Source: Polyangiaceae bacterium
Lineage (GTDB): Bacteria > Myxococcota_A > Polyangia > Polyangiales > Polyangiaceae
Reading direction: 5' to 3'
Length of the DNA: 64,000 nucleotides
NCBI GenBank assembly: GCA_965222375.1
Contig: CBDCTZ010000016.1
Span: 1,184,001 to 1,248,000 of the forward strand
A model generated the notes under the pieces. That model had not been told where the DNA came from. It did no database searches and saw only the letters and a list, made by a program, of their open reading frames with translations. Positions 1 to 9,437 of the stretch are shown here, piece by piece (position 1 is the stretch's first letter; every line of letters starts with the position of its first letter). Made by a program: the position numbers and the translations under genes.

Positions 1-128
1 TGGCGGAATTGAGCGAAAGTGAAAAGAACGCCATCAGCCATCGCGCCGTTGCAACCCGTGCGCTTGCGCCGGTGCTGATGAGACGCATCGCCGCCCAATT
101 CGACGAAGCAGAGAAAATAGCCGGCTAG
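1..128 (+). CDS. rdgB: 3' end of RdgB/HAM1 non-canonical purine NTP pyrophosphatase (partial)
   Basis: Frame from nt 3 reads AELSESEKNAISHRAVATRAL...IAG*; EKNxISHR is the HAM1 C-terminal signature; stop TAG 126-128. Confidence 0.85.
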   Translation, partial: AELSESEKNAISHRAVATRALAPVLMRRIAAQFDEAEKIAG

Positions 129-1045
129 CCGCCGCCAGCTATGTCGAAATGCGCCCCGAGTTGGAACGTTATCCAGCCATGGCCCGCTGCGTGGTCGCCC
201 GGGGTCGTGGCATCTGACGTCGAACCATCCGGGTTGAGCCACTCCGCATCGCCAAAGGAACCAGCGCCCAGAGTGACGAGCGGCGACAGCGAAAAGAGCC
301 GCGAAATCCGAATGTCCGCACCGAGCCCGAGACGGAACTCCAGCGGCGCCTCGGTCATGCGGAGCTCTGCGCCACTATCCCAAACGGCACGGAACCGCCG
401 ATATCCCAGGTTGATCTCCGTGAGGAAGCCGACCTTATTCGGGTTCGATGAGAACCGAAGTCCGAGGGCGTAGTAGTCGGTTTCCCCGCGGTCCTGGGTG
501 CCCAGCGCGGCGATCTCTTCGGAACCCGGCCCGAGCTGAGCGCGCTCCCAAAGCAAGAACACGTTGTAGTACCGGCCCAAGCGCGCCCCGGCATCCAGCT
601 CGAACATCGGTCCGGCGGAAGCAAACTGTGACCACTTCACGTCGTCGATGCGGAAACCGTTCGCGTTGCCCTCGGTCCACAAGTTTCCGAACGGAATGAA
701 CCAGCCGACTCGCGCTCCCAGCCAGAACGCGTTCTTGGGTGCAATGTGCCGGGGCTTCGGCGGAGGGGGTGGCTCGTAGATCGCGTATGGGGGCGGTGGT
801 TCGTAGACGTACTGTCCCGGCGGCCCAGGTGGTGGCGCGCCCCGGGGCGGAGGTTGCCTCGGTCCCGCAGGTGGCTCCGAGTAGTAAGGTCCAGGTGGCT
901 TGTCCCCGGATGCTGCGGGCGGCCCTGACTCCGGAGCTGGCGCTGCTGCAGGTGGCTCGGAGGCGTCCGCGGGTTCAGGTTGCGCCCCGCCCAGGCTCGC
1001 TTCGAGAATCGCCGCGGTGGCGAACAACACCCCTGTTTTTCGCAT
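125..1045 (-). CDS. Exported protein with Pro-rich N-terminus and probable outer-membrane beta-barrel
   Basis: Start MRKTGVLF with signal-like segment, Pro-rich linker, then amphipathic strands (FWLGARVGWF, FRLGLGADIR, FQLGAHFD). Confidence 0.65.
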   Translation of the reverse strand: MRKTGVLFATAAILEASLGGAQPEPADASEPPAAAPAPESGPPAASGDKPPGPYYSEPPAGPRQPPPRGAPPPGPPGQYVYEPPPPYAIYEPPPPPKPRHIAPKNAFWLGARVGWFIPFGNLWTEGNANGFRIDDVKWSQFASAGPMFELDAGARLGRYYNVFLLWERAQLGPGSEEIAALGTQDRGETDYYALGLRFSSNPNKVGFLTEINLGYRRFRAVWDSGAELRMTEAPLEFRLGLGADIRISRLFSLSPLVTLGAGSFGDAEWLNPDGSTSDATTPGDHAAGHGWITFQLGAHFDIAGGG

Positions 1046-1198
1046 GCTTTTTCTATAGCACCGGCGCTCCCGGAGGGCGCGTCTCCGACGTTGACCCCTA
1101 GGCTTGGAGCATGCTAATTGAGCGCCGCTATCCGCATCTACGCGGGAGCAAAGTGCCGATCTCGCCCTCGGGCGGGTAGCCCTCAGGCGAGGGCAGTT

Positions 1199-1492
1199 GT
1201 GCAGCATCACTGGAAAGGCGTCGGTACCTACGGCACGGTTGGCCTCGAGTTGGTCCTGAGCATCGTTTTCGGTCTCTGGGTTGGCAACAAGGCAGATCAG
1301 TGGCTGGAGACGGGTCCCTGGCTCGCTCTACTAGGAACCGGGTTCGGTATGGCGGCAGGTGTCCGCGCCGTCGTCAGGGCCCTGAATCGGGCCAACGAAG
1401 AAGCCGAAAAAGCCGAGCGTAAAGACCGCGAGGCGCGCAAGCGCTACCTCGATGACTCCCCGAACCGAAATAGACACGACCACCGAAGATAG
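1199..1492 (+). CDS. AtpZ/AtpI-family small membrane protein
   Basis: GLELVLSIVFGLWVGNKADQWLETGPWLALLG pattern with two TM segments, first gene of the atp cluster; GTG start inferred. Confidence 0.8.
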   Translation: MQHHWKGVGTYGTVGLELVLSIVFGLWVGNKADQWLETGPWLALLGTGFGMAAGVRAVVRALNRANEEAEKAERKDREARKRYLDDSPNRNRHDHRR

Positions 1493-1844
1493 CGTTCGGC
1501 GCGCAATCTTTGCGGTACTGATCGTCGGTGCCGTCTTCGCAACTGGCGCAGGGGCGGTGCATGGACTGCAGGCTTCGGCATCGGTCGCGCTCGGTGCTGC
1601 CATGGGCGCCGTGAATCTCTGGTTGGTGGCGCGGGTCGTGCGGGCGTTCTTGAGTGGCGCTGCCCGCTTGCCCTGGGCCGCCGTTGTCTTAGTTAAACTG
1701 ACGCTACTCGCTGGAGCGCTCTACCTGATCGTTCGCAGCGACTGGATACTCCTCTTCCCCTTCGCCATCGGTTGGGGCGCGCTGCCAGTTGGCATCGTGT
1801 TAGCGGGGGTCGCTCCGTCGACACCCGTGGAGCAGAAAGGCTGA
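1452..1844 (+). CDS. atpI: ATP synthase subunit I-like membrane protein
   Basis: Four hydrophobic helices, G..N.W motif, directly upstream of atpB. Confidence 0.7.
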   Translation: MTPRTEIDTTTEDSVRRAIFAVLIVGAVFATGAGAVHGLQASASVALGAAMGAVNLWLVARVVRAFLSGAARLPWAAVVLVKLTLLAGALYLIVRSDWILLFPFAIGWGALPVGIVLAGVAPSTPVEQKG

Positions 1845-1848
1845 GTCG

Positions 1849-2616
1849 ATGCCCTCGCATTCGAGCTGGCTGACCATACTCCTCGCCAAGTTTCGCGGGA
1901 ACTTGGAGCACAACGCCCATCACTTGGGCAAGTCGTTCATCGGCCAGAAAGATCCGACCTGGAGCAACTGGGAACCGTTCATCGCGTCGATGCTGGTTTT
2001 CGTTCTCTTGTTCGTGATCGCATTCGCGGTGCGCGCTCGCCTCTCCGACACGGATAAGGCGGTTTTGCCGGAGGATAAGCTCACCCTGCGGACCTTCATC
2101 GAGACCTTCCTCGGCTACTTCTACGACCTGTGCAAGAGCGTGATGGGCCCGGATCGGGCGAAAAAGTACTTCCACGTCGTCGCCGGTTCAGCGCTATTCG
2201 TATTCGTGTCCAACATCATGGCGCTCATTCCCGGAGCGCCGGTCGCGACCAGCAACCTCAACATCACGTTCGGATGCGCTGCCGTCGTCTTCGTGCTTTT
2301 CAATCTGTACGGCCTGCAGGAAAACGGCATGGCCTACATCAAGCATCTCGCTGGTCCCAAGTGGTGGCTGGCACCGCTGATCTTTCCCATCGAGATCATC
2401 TCGCTATGTGTGCGTCCCGTCACCTTGGCGGTGCGCTTGATGATGAACATGAGCGTCGATCACATCGTGCTCGGCACCTTCATGGGCCTCATTGCCATAC
2501 TCGTGCCGCTGCCCGTGTTGCTGCTCGGTTGTCTGGTGATCGTGATTCAAACACTGGTGTTCGCCCTTTTGACCGCCATCTATATCGGCCTCGCAACCGA
2601 GCACGAGGACCACTGA
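1849..2616 (+). CDS. atpB: F0F1 ATP synthase subunit a
   Basis: NIMALIPG..ATSNLN, IEIISLCVRPVTLAVRL (essential Arg), IQTLVFALLTAIYI. Confidence 0.95.
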   Translation: MPSHSSWLTILLAKFRGNLEHNAHHLGKSFIGQKDPTWSNWEPFIASMLVFVLLFVIAFAVRARLSDTDKAVLPEDKLTLRTFIETFLGYFYDLCKSVMGPDRAKKYFHVVAGSALFVFVSNIMALIPGAPVATSNLNITFGCAAVVFVLFNLYGLQENGMAYIKHLAGPKWWLAPLIFPIEIISLCVRPVTLAVRLMMNMSVDHIVLGTFMGLIAILVPLPVLLLGCLVIVIQTLVFALLTAIYIGLATEHEDH

Positions 2617-2729
2617 ACAAGGGGTTTCCCCTGCCACCCAAACCAACACGCCCACTGTGGCGGATTTCGATAGCCCCCAAAGCAGATTCAGATTACAGCC
2701 CGCCCGGGTAGAACAAGGAGATTTTGGAG

Positions 2730-3065
2730 ATGACCAAGAACAAGCTGGCCCTTGTCAGCGCGTCGCTTTTCACGTTTTTTGCGTCGAGCGCGTTTGCCCA
2801 GGATGCCGCTGCTGCCGCCGGTTCAAACGAGTTTGACGCCAAGGCGATGGCCGCACTGGCTGCAGGCATCGCGATCGGCCTCGGCGCTCTTGGTGGCGGT
2901 CTCGGCCAGGGTCGCGCTGCTGCAGCTGCCCTCGAAGGCATCAGCCGCAACCCCGGCGCTGCCGCGCGGATTCAGACCCCGATGATTCTGGGTCTGGCGC
3001 TGATCGAGTCCTTGGTGCTGTTCGCGTTCCTGATCGCGTTCATCCTCCAGGGCAAAGTGCCGTGA
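2730..3065 (+). CDS. atpE: F0F1 ATP synthase subunit c with N-terminal signal-like extension
   Basis: [15 protein letters not shown] loop, LALIES with the ion-binding Glu. Confidence 0.95.
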   Translation: MTKNKLALVSASLFTFFASSAFAQDAAAAAGSNEFDAKAMAALAAGIAIGLGALGGGLGQGRAAAAALEGISRNPGAAARIQTPMILGLALIESLVLFAFLIAFILQGKVP

Positions 3066-3088
3066 GCGGCATCTTTCTCTAAGAATAC

Positions 3089-3138
3089 AAAAAGCCAAAA
3101 CCGCCCCCGCGGCTAGCGTCGGGGCGGTTTGTCTTTTT
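3089..3138. terminator. Bidirectional intrinsic terminator between convergent atpE and the UbiB-family gene
   Basis: AAACCGCCCC...GGGGCGGTTT stem (3098-3130), A-rich on the left and T-rich on the right. Confidence 0.8.
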
Positions 3139-3144
3139 GTAGCC

Positions 3145-4848
3145 CTAGCGCTTGGAACGAAGCGCGCGAACGCCGTCCAATACCAAGTGATTCCCCAGCG
3201 CTAGGATGGCGACCGCAATGAGAATGTAGCCGGCTACGTCCTTGCCACTGGCAAGCAACCAGGCTCCCGACAGCACGAACGCGCTGCCGATCAGCGCGGA
3301 AAAAAGACGCCGCCCCAACTGGTCCCCTACTCGAGGGATGCCCGGATCCGAAGTCACGACGGAGAGCCGACCAAGCCGCAAGTCATCCAGAACTTCTTGG
3401 ACCTGTTGCGGCATGTTGTAGGTGGCACCCGAGAGCCGCTCGAGGCGGCGCAATAGCTCGTTGCCGAGCCGCTCCGGAGAATAGCGCTTCTTCAGCATTT
3501 CCAAGAACAGCGGCTTCGCTTCTTCGAAGATGTCGAGGGTCGGGTCCAGCTCCTTGCCAACGCCTTCCACGGTCATCAGGGCTTTTCCCACCAGCATGAA
3601 GTCAGGTGGGATTTCCAGACCGTACTTCGTGGCTCCTTGGACCAGGTCCCGGATCATCGCGGACATCTCGATGTCCCGAAGCTGCTTGCCCAGATACTTC
3701 TCGCTGAGCATGGCCACTTCCGCCCGATAGGCCTCCATTTCGATCTTCTTCGTGGGCGTTCCGATCGCGTACATCGCGTCTGCAATGCCCTCGTAGTCTC
3801 GGCGCACCGCGCTGACCATCACATCTACGGTTAGGTCGCGCATGCGTGGGCTCAAGCGCCCAACCATGCCCAGATCGATCATGCCCAGGGTGGGGTGCTC
3901 TTTGCTTCCAAGAACCAACACATTTCCGGGGTGTGGGTCTGCGTGGAAGAAGCCATCCTCGAAGATCTGTTTGACGATCGCGTCCAATGCGATGCGCGTC
4001 AGCTTCTTGCCCTCGTGCCCGGCTTCGATGGCGTCGTAGACCTTCTTGCCGTCCAGGAACTCCAGAGTCAGGACGTGTTTGCTGGACGCGGACTTGTAGG
4101 CGTGGGGGAAGCGGATGTTTCGGAAGCCCTCGAAGTGCTGACGGAAGCGAGCGGCATTCTCCGCTTCCGCCGTAAAGTCCAATTCGGCCGTGATGGCTCG
4201 ATCGAACTGCTGCACCAGCGCGACCGGCGAGTAGATCCGACTCTCGGGAATGGCGCGCTCGACGAGCATCGCGAAGGTGTGCAGCAGGTCGACGTCGCTC
4301 GCGATGGTTTTCGCGATTCCCGGTCGTTGCACCTTCACGACCACGTCTTTGACGCCTTCGTCGGACTTCAGTCTTGCCCGATGCACTTGCGCGATGCTGG
4401 CGGCAGCCAGGGGCTTTTCCTCGAAATCCTCGAAGATTTCCCCCAGCGTGGTGCCCAAAGAGTGTTCGACTTGCTCTCGGATCTTTTCGAAGGGAACGGG
4501 CGCGACCGAGTCCTGAAGCTTCTTGAGTTCGAGAATCACATCCGCGGGCAAGACATCAGAACGGGTGGACGCGATCTGGCCGAGCTTGACAAAAGAGGGG
4601 CCGAGATCCTCGAGGACTCGGCGGACCCGGACGGCGAGGCTCGATTCGGCACGGGCCTTGGCGCCACGTTCTTCATCCTCGGCGGACAGCCCGGGCTCTC
4701 GGGTGGAATCCGGAAGGTCGTCCTTGCCCTTTCGACCGCGGAACAGGCCCAGTCGTCCTACGACCTCGCCAAAGCCGTGAGCGACGAGCACACGCGATAT
4801 GTCTCGAAGCCGCCCGATGTCCCGGGCGGCGTGAACGATGCTGACCAT
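3145..4848 (-). CDS. UbiB/AarF/ABC1-family atypical kinase
   Basis: LGPSFVKLGQ, AAASIAQVHRA, VVKVQRP, FFHADPHPGN, IDLGMVG. Confidence 0.92.
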   Translation of the reverse strand: MVSIVHAARDIGRLRDISRVLVAHGFGEVVGRLGLFRGRKGKDDLPDSTREPGLSAEDEERGAKARAESSLAVRVRRVLEDLGPSFVKLGQIASTRSDVLPADVILELKKLQDSVAPVPFEKIREQVEHSLGTTLGEIFEDFEEKPLAAASIAQVHRARLKSDEGVKDVVVKVQRPGIAKTIASDVDLLHTFAMLVERAIPESRIYSPVALVQQFDRAITAELDFTAEAENAARFRQHFEGFRNIRFPHAYKSASSKHVLTLEFLDGKKVYDAIEAGHEGKKLTRIALDAIVKQIFEDGFFHADPHPGNVLVLGSKEHPTLGMIDLGMVGRLSPRMRDLTVDVMVSAVRRDYEGIADAMYAIGTPTKKIEMEAYRAEVAMLSEKYLGKQLRDIEMSAMIRDLVQGATKYGLEIPPDFMLVGKALMTVEGVGKELDPTLDIFEEAKPLFLEMLKKRYSPERLGNELLRRLERLSGATYNMPQQVQEVLDDLRLGRLSVVTSDPGIPRVGDQLGRRLFSALIGSAFVLSGAWLLASGKDVAGYILIAVAILALGNHLVLDGVRALRSKR

Positions 4849-4862
4849 GGTTTGGTCTGGGG

Positions 4863-5315
4863 TTACTCGTTTCCGATTTGGCTCAGACCCGCCGATAGCC
4901 GAGAGCGCAGCTTCTGCAAATCCATGTTGCTTTTGGTTACATCTGCTCCCGCCCGCGCCGCGGTCACCACTTTCTGCGCGCGGTTGCGCGCGACTTCGCT
5001 GAGCCCGACCCGGTCCCCGAGGGTATTGAGTGCCGCCTGCTCTTCGGGGCCGATGCTGCCATCCAAGCCCGCAATCCAAACGCCACAGGCGTAAGTGAAC
5101 AGTCGAGTCAGACGGTTCATGCGCACCGTCTCGACCTGGGACAGGTCGAAGGGCTGCGCCAGCGCCGCCTCTACTGCCGCCAGGTCACCGCTGGCTAGCC
5201 CCAACTGCTTCGCGGCGTCGCCAATGCCCTTGGTCTCTTCGGGGTCGATCTTGCCATCCGCCCACGCGATGGCGCAAAGCGCCAGCACCGTGTCACGCCC
5301 AATCTCCACGCTCAT
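4863..5315 (-). CDS. TerB-like (tellurite resistance fold) protein
   Basis: Twin motifs AWADGKIDPEE and LDGSIGPEEQ. Confidence 0.7.
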   Translation of the reverse strand: MSVEIGRDTVLALCAIAWADGKIDPEETKGIGDAAKQLGLASGDLAAVEAALAQPFDLSQVETVRMNRLTRLFTYACGVWIAGLDGSIGPEEQAALNTLGDRVGLSEVARNRAQKVVTAARAGADVTKSNMDLQKLRSRLSAGLSQIGNE

Positions 5316-5370
5316 GGGGCGATAATAAGGCAACCGGGCTCTGGGTCGAGCCCGAGCTTCCCGACCCTCC

Positions 5371-6687
5371 TCAGCGGACCCGAATCAACGTGCCGGGTTC
5401 GTATTTCGTGGGCAGAGCTGCTCGCCAGCCCGCGGGCACGCGTGGGCTGGTCCAGCCGAATAGGCGCTCGGCGTCCAGGGGCGTGAGATTCACGCAGCCG
5501 TGGCTGCGGACGCGGCCGAAGGAGCGATGCCAGAAGGTGCCGTGAAGCCCGTAGCCCTTCTTGAAATACATGACCCAGGGCACGTCCTGAATCGCGTAGT
5601 AGCGGCTGGCCTCCTCGTTCTCGAGGTTGTCCATGTCACTCGAAACCAACTTCACCCAGATGCGGTGGTTGCCCTTCGGAGTTGCGAAAGTGCTGCGCCC
5701 CTTGCCCTTCCCGGTTGAAACCAGGGTGGCAAACACCGGTCGCTCACCTTCGTAGGCGACCAAGATCTGGTTGTCGATGTCCACATCGATCCAGCGTTCG
5801 TTCTTGCCCAACTCCCCCGGCATGGGAGCTTGGGTCGGAAACCGGACGTGTTTGTCGCTGACCCAGCGGTCCTCGCCAATACGAAACCAGCGCCGCTTCT
5901 TGCGCTCCACGGTTTCGAGCACCTTGAGCGCGGCGAATTCGGCGTGGGCTTTGCCAGATAGCTTGTGTCGACCTGGTTGCTTGTAGACGTCTGCACTCTT
6001 CTTGTAGACCCACCCGACGTTCAACTCTCCGTCGAGCTCCACACCGTGGAAGCCGAACGGACGAGCCGGCACCAGGTCGCGCATGGGCACCCACAGATCG
6101 TGCGTGGTGAGCCCGAAGGCGTGCCCGGGCAACCGCTCCGCCACCTGCACCAACGCCACGGCGAAGCCCGGTTGCAGCTCCGCGTCCGGCGCGACCTGCT
6201 CGGCGTTTCGCAGGCTCACGTATCCCAAAGAGCCGTGGCGGCCGGCGAAGAAGTATCGAAAAGGCAGTCCGTCGGCCGTGCGGTAGTGAGTCGATCGGGG
6301 CGCGAGCGCAGGTTTCATGCTCAGACGCACGACGTCCTCGCAGACCCAGGCGAGCGGCCCCACGTTGAGCCACCGGCCTCGGCAGCCTGGGCCCCGCATC
6401 GCGCCATACAACGGCAAGTGGGAGCCGTTGGCGGCGGAGCCTCGCCGTGGTGCCCCGGGGCGTGGGCGCAACCACATGGGTTCATCGCTCCGAGTGATTT
6501 GAACGCTGCTCACCCCGGTTGGCAGGGGCACATCGCTGGCATCCACCCAGGGCAGCCCGTCGGCGTTTGCCGTGGCGGCAACCAGAATGCTCGAGATCGC
6601 CGCAGCGCGTCGCACAGAACGCAGCGTAGCTGGCGGAGCAGGCCAGCGCAAAGTTGCCGGTGTAGCCACGCCCAAGGGAGCCGCCAC
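5371..6687 (-). CDS. L,D-transpeptidase (YkuD family); true start may lie slightly downstream
   Basis: WIDVDIDNQ, VSTG, TPKG, GLHGTFWH...SHGCVNL catalytic motif. Confidence 0.9.
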   Translation of the reverse strand: MAAPLGVATPATLRWPAPPATLRSVRRAAAISSILVAATANADGLPWVDASDVPLPTGVSSVQITRSDEPMWLRPRPGAPRRGSAANGSHLPLYGAMRGPGCRGRWLNVGPLAWVCEDVVRLSMKPALAPRSTHYRTADGLPFRYFFAGRHGSLGYVSLRNAEQVAPDAELQPGFAVALVQVAERLPGHAFGLTTHDLWVPMRDLVPARPFGFHGVELDGELNVGWVYKKSADVYKQPGRHKLSGKAHAEFAALKVLETVERKKRRWFRIGEDRWVSDKHVRFPTQAPMPGELGKNERWIDVDIDNQILVAYEGERPVFATLVSTGKGKGRSTFATPKGNHRIWVKLVSSDMDNLENEEASRYYAIQDVPWVMYFKKGYGLHGTFWHRSFGRVRSHGCVNLTPLDAERLFGWTSPRVPAGWRAALPTKYEPGTLIRVR

Positions 6688-6704
6688 CGGGGGGCGAGGG
6701 CCGC

Positions 6705-7604
6705 CTATTGATAGGAGAAGCGCAGCTCGTGGTCGCAGACGCGGAACAAGTCACCTTCGTTGACGACCTTGCGCTGAATGCGTTGCCCCGAGTACTCGAC
6801 GCCATTCGTGGAACCCATATCCACGATGTAGTACTGGCCGTTCAAGAACTCGATCATCGCGTGCTGCCGCGACACGTTCGGATCCTTGATCGTCAGATCG
6901 CTGGACTGCTTGCCACGCCCGATGATGAAGCGGTCCTTGGTGATGGGGAACCGCTCTCCGGCGTAGTAGATGTTGAGCGTAGATGCCCCGTACTGCTGCT
7001 GTTGCTGCTGGGGCGGGGGAGGCGGCGGCGGTGCCGACCGCGGCATTGGCGGTGGCGGACCACCCCGGGGTGGCATCTGCATGGTTCCACCCGGCGCGTG
7101 CTGCTGTGGTGGCGGCACGCTGCGCGCAGCCGGGGGTGGCGGGGGACGGCGCCCGGCGCTGGGCGCGCCGCCTTGATGCGGTGGAGGGGGCGGCGGAGGC
7201 GGAGCGCCGTGAGATGATGGGAACGCGCCACGGCCAGCGGGCGGTGGCGGCGGAGGCGGCGGAGGTGCCGCAGCGGCACCCCGCGGAGGCGGTGGAGTCA
7301 TGGCTCGGCTTGGACCTGGGCTCGGAGGAGGTCCCGCGCTGTGCTGCTGCTGAGGCGGTGGAGGAGGCGGCGGTGGGGGAGGCGGAGCACCATGAGTTGC
7401 TGGCGGAATTGGAGGGGGGCCTCCCCCACCGGCTGCCGGGTGCGCGGTGCTGCTGTAGCCGCGCTGGCGCGCGTACTGCTTCATTGCGTCGTTGATCAGG
7501 TAGTCGACGGAGCACTCGAGTTCGCGCGCCATTTGCTCGAACTTCATCCAAAGCGACTCGCGACATTGGAAGTTACGAGGAACTTTCCTATTGGGGTCAG
7601 TCAT
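6705..7604 (-). CDS. Ribbon-helix-helix-like N-terminus, poly-Pro linker, C-terminal FHA domain
   Basis: FHA motifs IIGR, VSRQHA, DMGSTNG; N-terminal RNFQCRESLWMKFEQMARELECSVDYLINDAMKQY is RHH-like. Confidence 0.85.
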   Translation of the reverse strand: MTDPNRKVPRNFQCRESLWMKFEQMARELECSVDYLINDAMKQYARQRGYSSTAHPAAGGGGPPPIPPATHGAPPPPPPPPPPPQQQHSAGPPPSPGPSRAMTPPPPRGAAAAPPPPPPPPPAGRGAFPSSHGAPPPPPPPPHQGGAPSAGRRPPPPPAARSVPPPQQHAPGGTMQMPPRGGPPPPMPRSAPPPPPPPQQQQQQYGASTLNIYYAGERFPITKDRFIIGRGKQSSDLTIKDPNVSRQHAMIEFLNGQYYIVDMGSTNGVEYSGQRIQRKVVNEGDLFRVCDHELRFSYQ

Positions 7605-7629
7605 TCGCTCAGCTCAGTAGAAGTGGCGG

Positions 7630-9261
7630 TCACTTTTTCTTCTTCTTCGAGGCCGAGCGCTTTTCCATCGCCGGCTTCACACAAAAACGTACGAACTCGC
7701 CCAAAGTCGTGACGTCTTTGAGCTCCTGACTCTTACCCTCGCCGACCGCACACTTCCACTCGCAATCGGTTGCGTCTTCGAGGCATTTCGGTGCTCGGGA
7801 GCGGTCGTTTTCGTAAGGGGCTATCTTGGCAAGCTGGGTCTTGTTTCCGAACTGGTAGTAGTAGCCGAGCGCGCTCATGCGGGCCTCGGTGGACCAACCC
7901 GGGCGAATGAACTTGTCGATGATATCCGCGGGCTTCTTCTTGCCCTTCAGGGTGCCGATGACCGCGCCGTAGCGGAGCGGTTCGGTGATCGCCATGCCTT
8001 TGGCACCGCCGATCTTGCGCATGAACTCCTCGACGTGGCTCGTGTCGCCCATCTTGAGCACGAGCTCACCCGCAACCCAGCGGATCTTCCAGTTGTCGCT
8101 CTTGAACAATCCGAACAGTCGGCCCGTGACCAACTTGCGGGGGAGTTCACCCACGCGCCCAAGTGCCACGTCGCGCAGAGTGTCGGGAGTGTCCGTTGCA
8201 CTGGCGAGTTCCAAGATGGACTTGATCTGCTCTTCGTTGTTCTTGTCCAGGTTACCTTCGAGGGCGGCCAGCGCCGACGCGCGTCGCTTCTCTGGCTTGT
8301 TCTTGTCCTTGCCGTAGGCGAGCAAGTGCGCCACCACCGGAGCGCCCCCGACTTTCTTCATGGAGGAGAAGATGCGTAGCAGTTCCTCCTCCTGGTACTG
8401 GTCCAACTGAGCCTTGAATTGCTCAGGCGTCGGACTGAGCTTGGAGGCTTTGTTTGCGGCGTCTACGAGGGGCGATTTCTGCTTGACCCACTTGTCTGAG
8501 TCGATTTCCTTCGCGACGACCACCAAGTTCTTGCTTGCGGTCAGTTTCGTCGCATCGTCGCCGAGTTCGGCGACGAGCACGGACATCTTTTCGATCTTCT
8601 TGGCATTGGGCTGGATCTGCGCTGCGAGGCCAGCAACGCCTTGACTGCCTAGTTCGCGTAGAACCTGCTCCATGCCATAGAGCTGGGAAGAATCGTCCAA
8701 GCGCTCCGCGAAGTTCGTCATGCTCCAGGACGTGAGTGCCGCTCGAATTCGCGCACGCAGCTCTTCGGATTGAACCAGCGAGCCCTCAGCGTGAGTGAGG
8801 ATTGCGAACGCCGCGTCCTTATAAGGAAACGACGGATCCGGCGGAGTGGGTTGCCCGGCTTGTGCCTTGGGGGGCTCGGCCGCCATGGCCTCCTCCAACT
8901 TAGGCACCATTTCTGTGACGAGTTTTTCTCGCTCTGCCGGTGCGAGAGACTCCAGAGCGGACAACAGCCCTGGTTGATCATCCTGGCCTAGCAAACCGAT
9001 TGATTGTCCGCCCCGCGGCTTCATGCGTACGAGTGCCATCGCCGCTTCGACGCGCAGCTCGTGCGGGTACTTGTCGTGCGTGATGACGGCGACCAACTTC
9101 CGCGGCCCTTGCTTGGTGTTGGTCCATCGTTCGATGTCGTCCGTGGATGTACGACAACCCGTGAGTACGGTCGTGCTGGAAAGCAAGACGCCCACGGCTG
9201 CGACGCCAAGCACGCGCCGCACGGATCCCGCAATTCTCTTCGACCCCAGCGTGTATTTCAT
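7630..9261 (-). CDS. Putative lipoprotein with HEAT-like helical repeats
   Basis: Lipobox LTGC; helical repeats LRVEAAMAL, RRASALAAL, LRDVALGRV, IRWVAGEL. Confidence 0.65.
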   Translation of the reverse strand: MKYTLGSKRIAGSVRRVLGVAAVGVLLSSTTVLTGCRTSTDDIERWTNTKQGPRKLVAVITHDKYPHELRVEAAMALVRMKPRGGQSIGLLGQDDQPGLLSALESLAPAEREKLVTEMVPKLEEAMAAEPPKAQAGQPTPPDPSFPYKDAAFAILTHAEGSLVQSEELRARIRAALTSWSMTNFAERLDDSSQLYGMEQVLRELGSQGVAGLAAQIQPNAKKIEKMSVLVAELGDDATKLTASKNLVVVAKEIDSDKWVKQKSPLVDAANKASKLSPTPEQFKAQLDQYQEEELLRIFSSMKKVGGAPVVAHLLAYGKDKNKPEKRRASALAALEGNLDKNNEEQIKSILELASATDTPDTLRDVALGRVGELPRKLVTGRLFGLFKSDNWKIRWVAGELVLKMGDTSHVEEFMRKIGGAKGMAITEPLRYGAVIGTLKGKKKPADIIDKFIRPGWSTEARMSALGYYYQFGNKTQLAKIAPYENDRSRAPKCLEDATDCEWKCAVGEGKSQELKDVTTLGEFVRFCVKPAMEKRSASKKKKK

Positions 9262-9437
9262 GCCGTGCGTCCGCGATTCCCTCTGTAGAGGGGGGCAGTC
9301 TAATCCCCAGACTCGCTCAGGCTCAAGCGAACGACATGCCTAGTTTTTCTGGACCGGCCCACAGGCCGGTCAGGAGCTGTGGAACGGATGTTGGTTTCTT
9401 GGAGGGCTGGCGGGATTGATGTAGTCAAAAGTAGGAG

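Noticed and set aside
2730..3065. Na+-coupled ATP synthase
   Set aside because: Q and ES are present but the following Thr/Tyr of the Na+ signature are not (ESLVLF).
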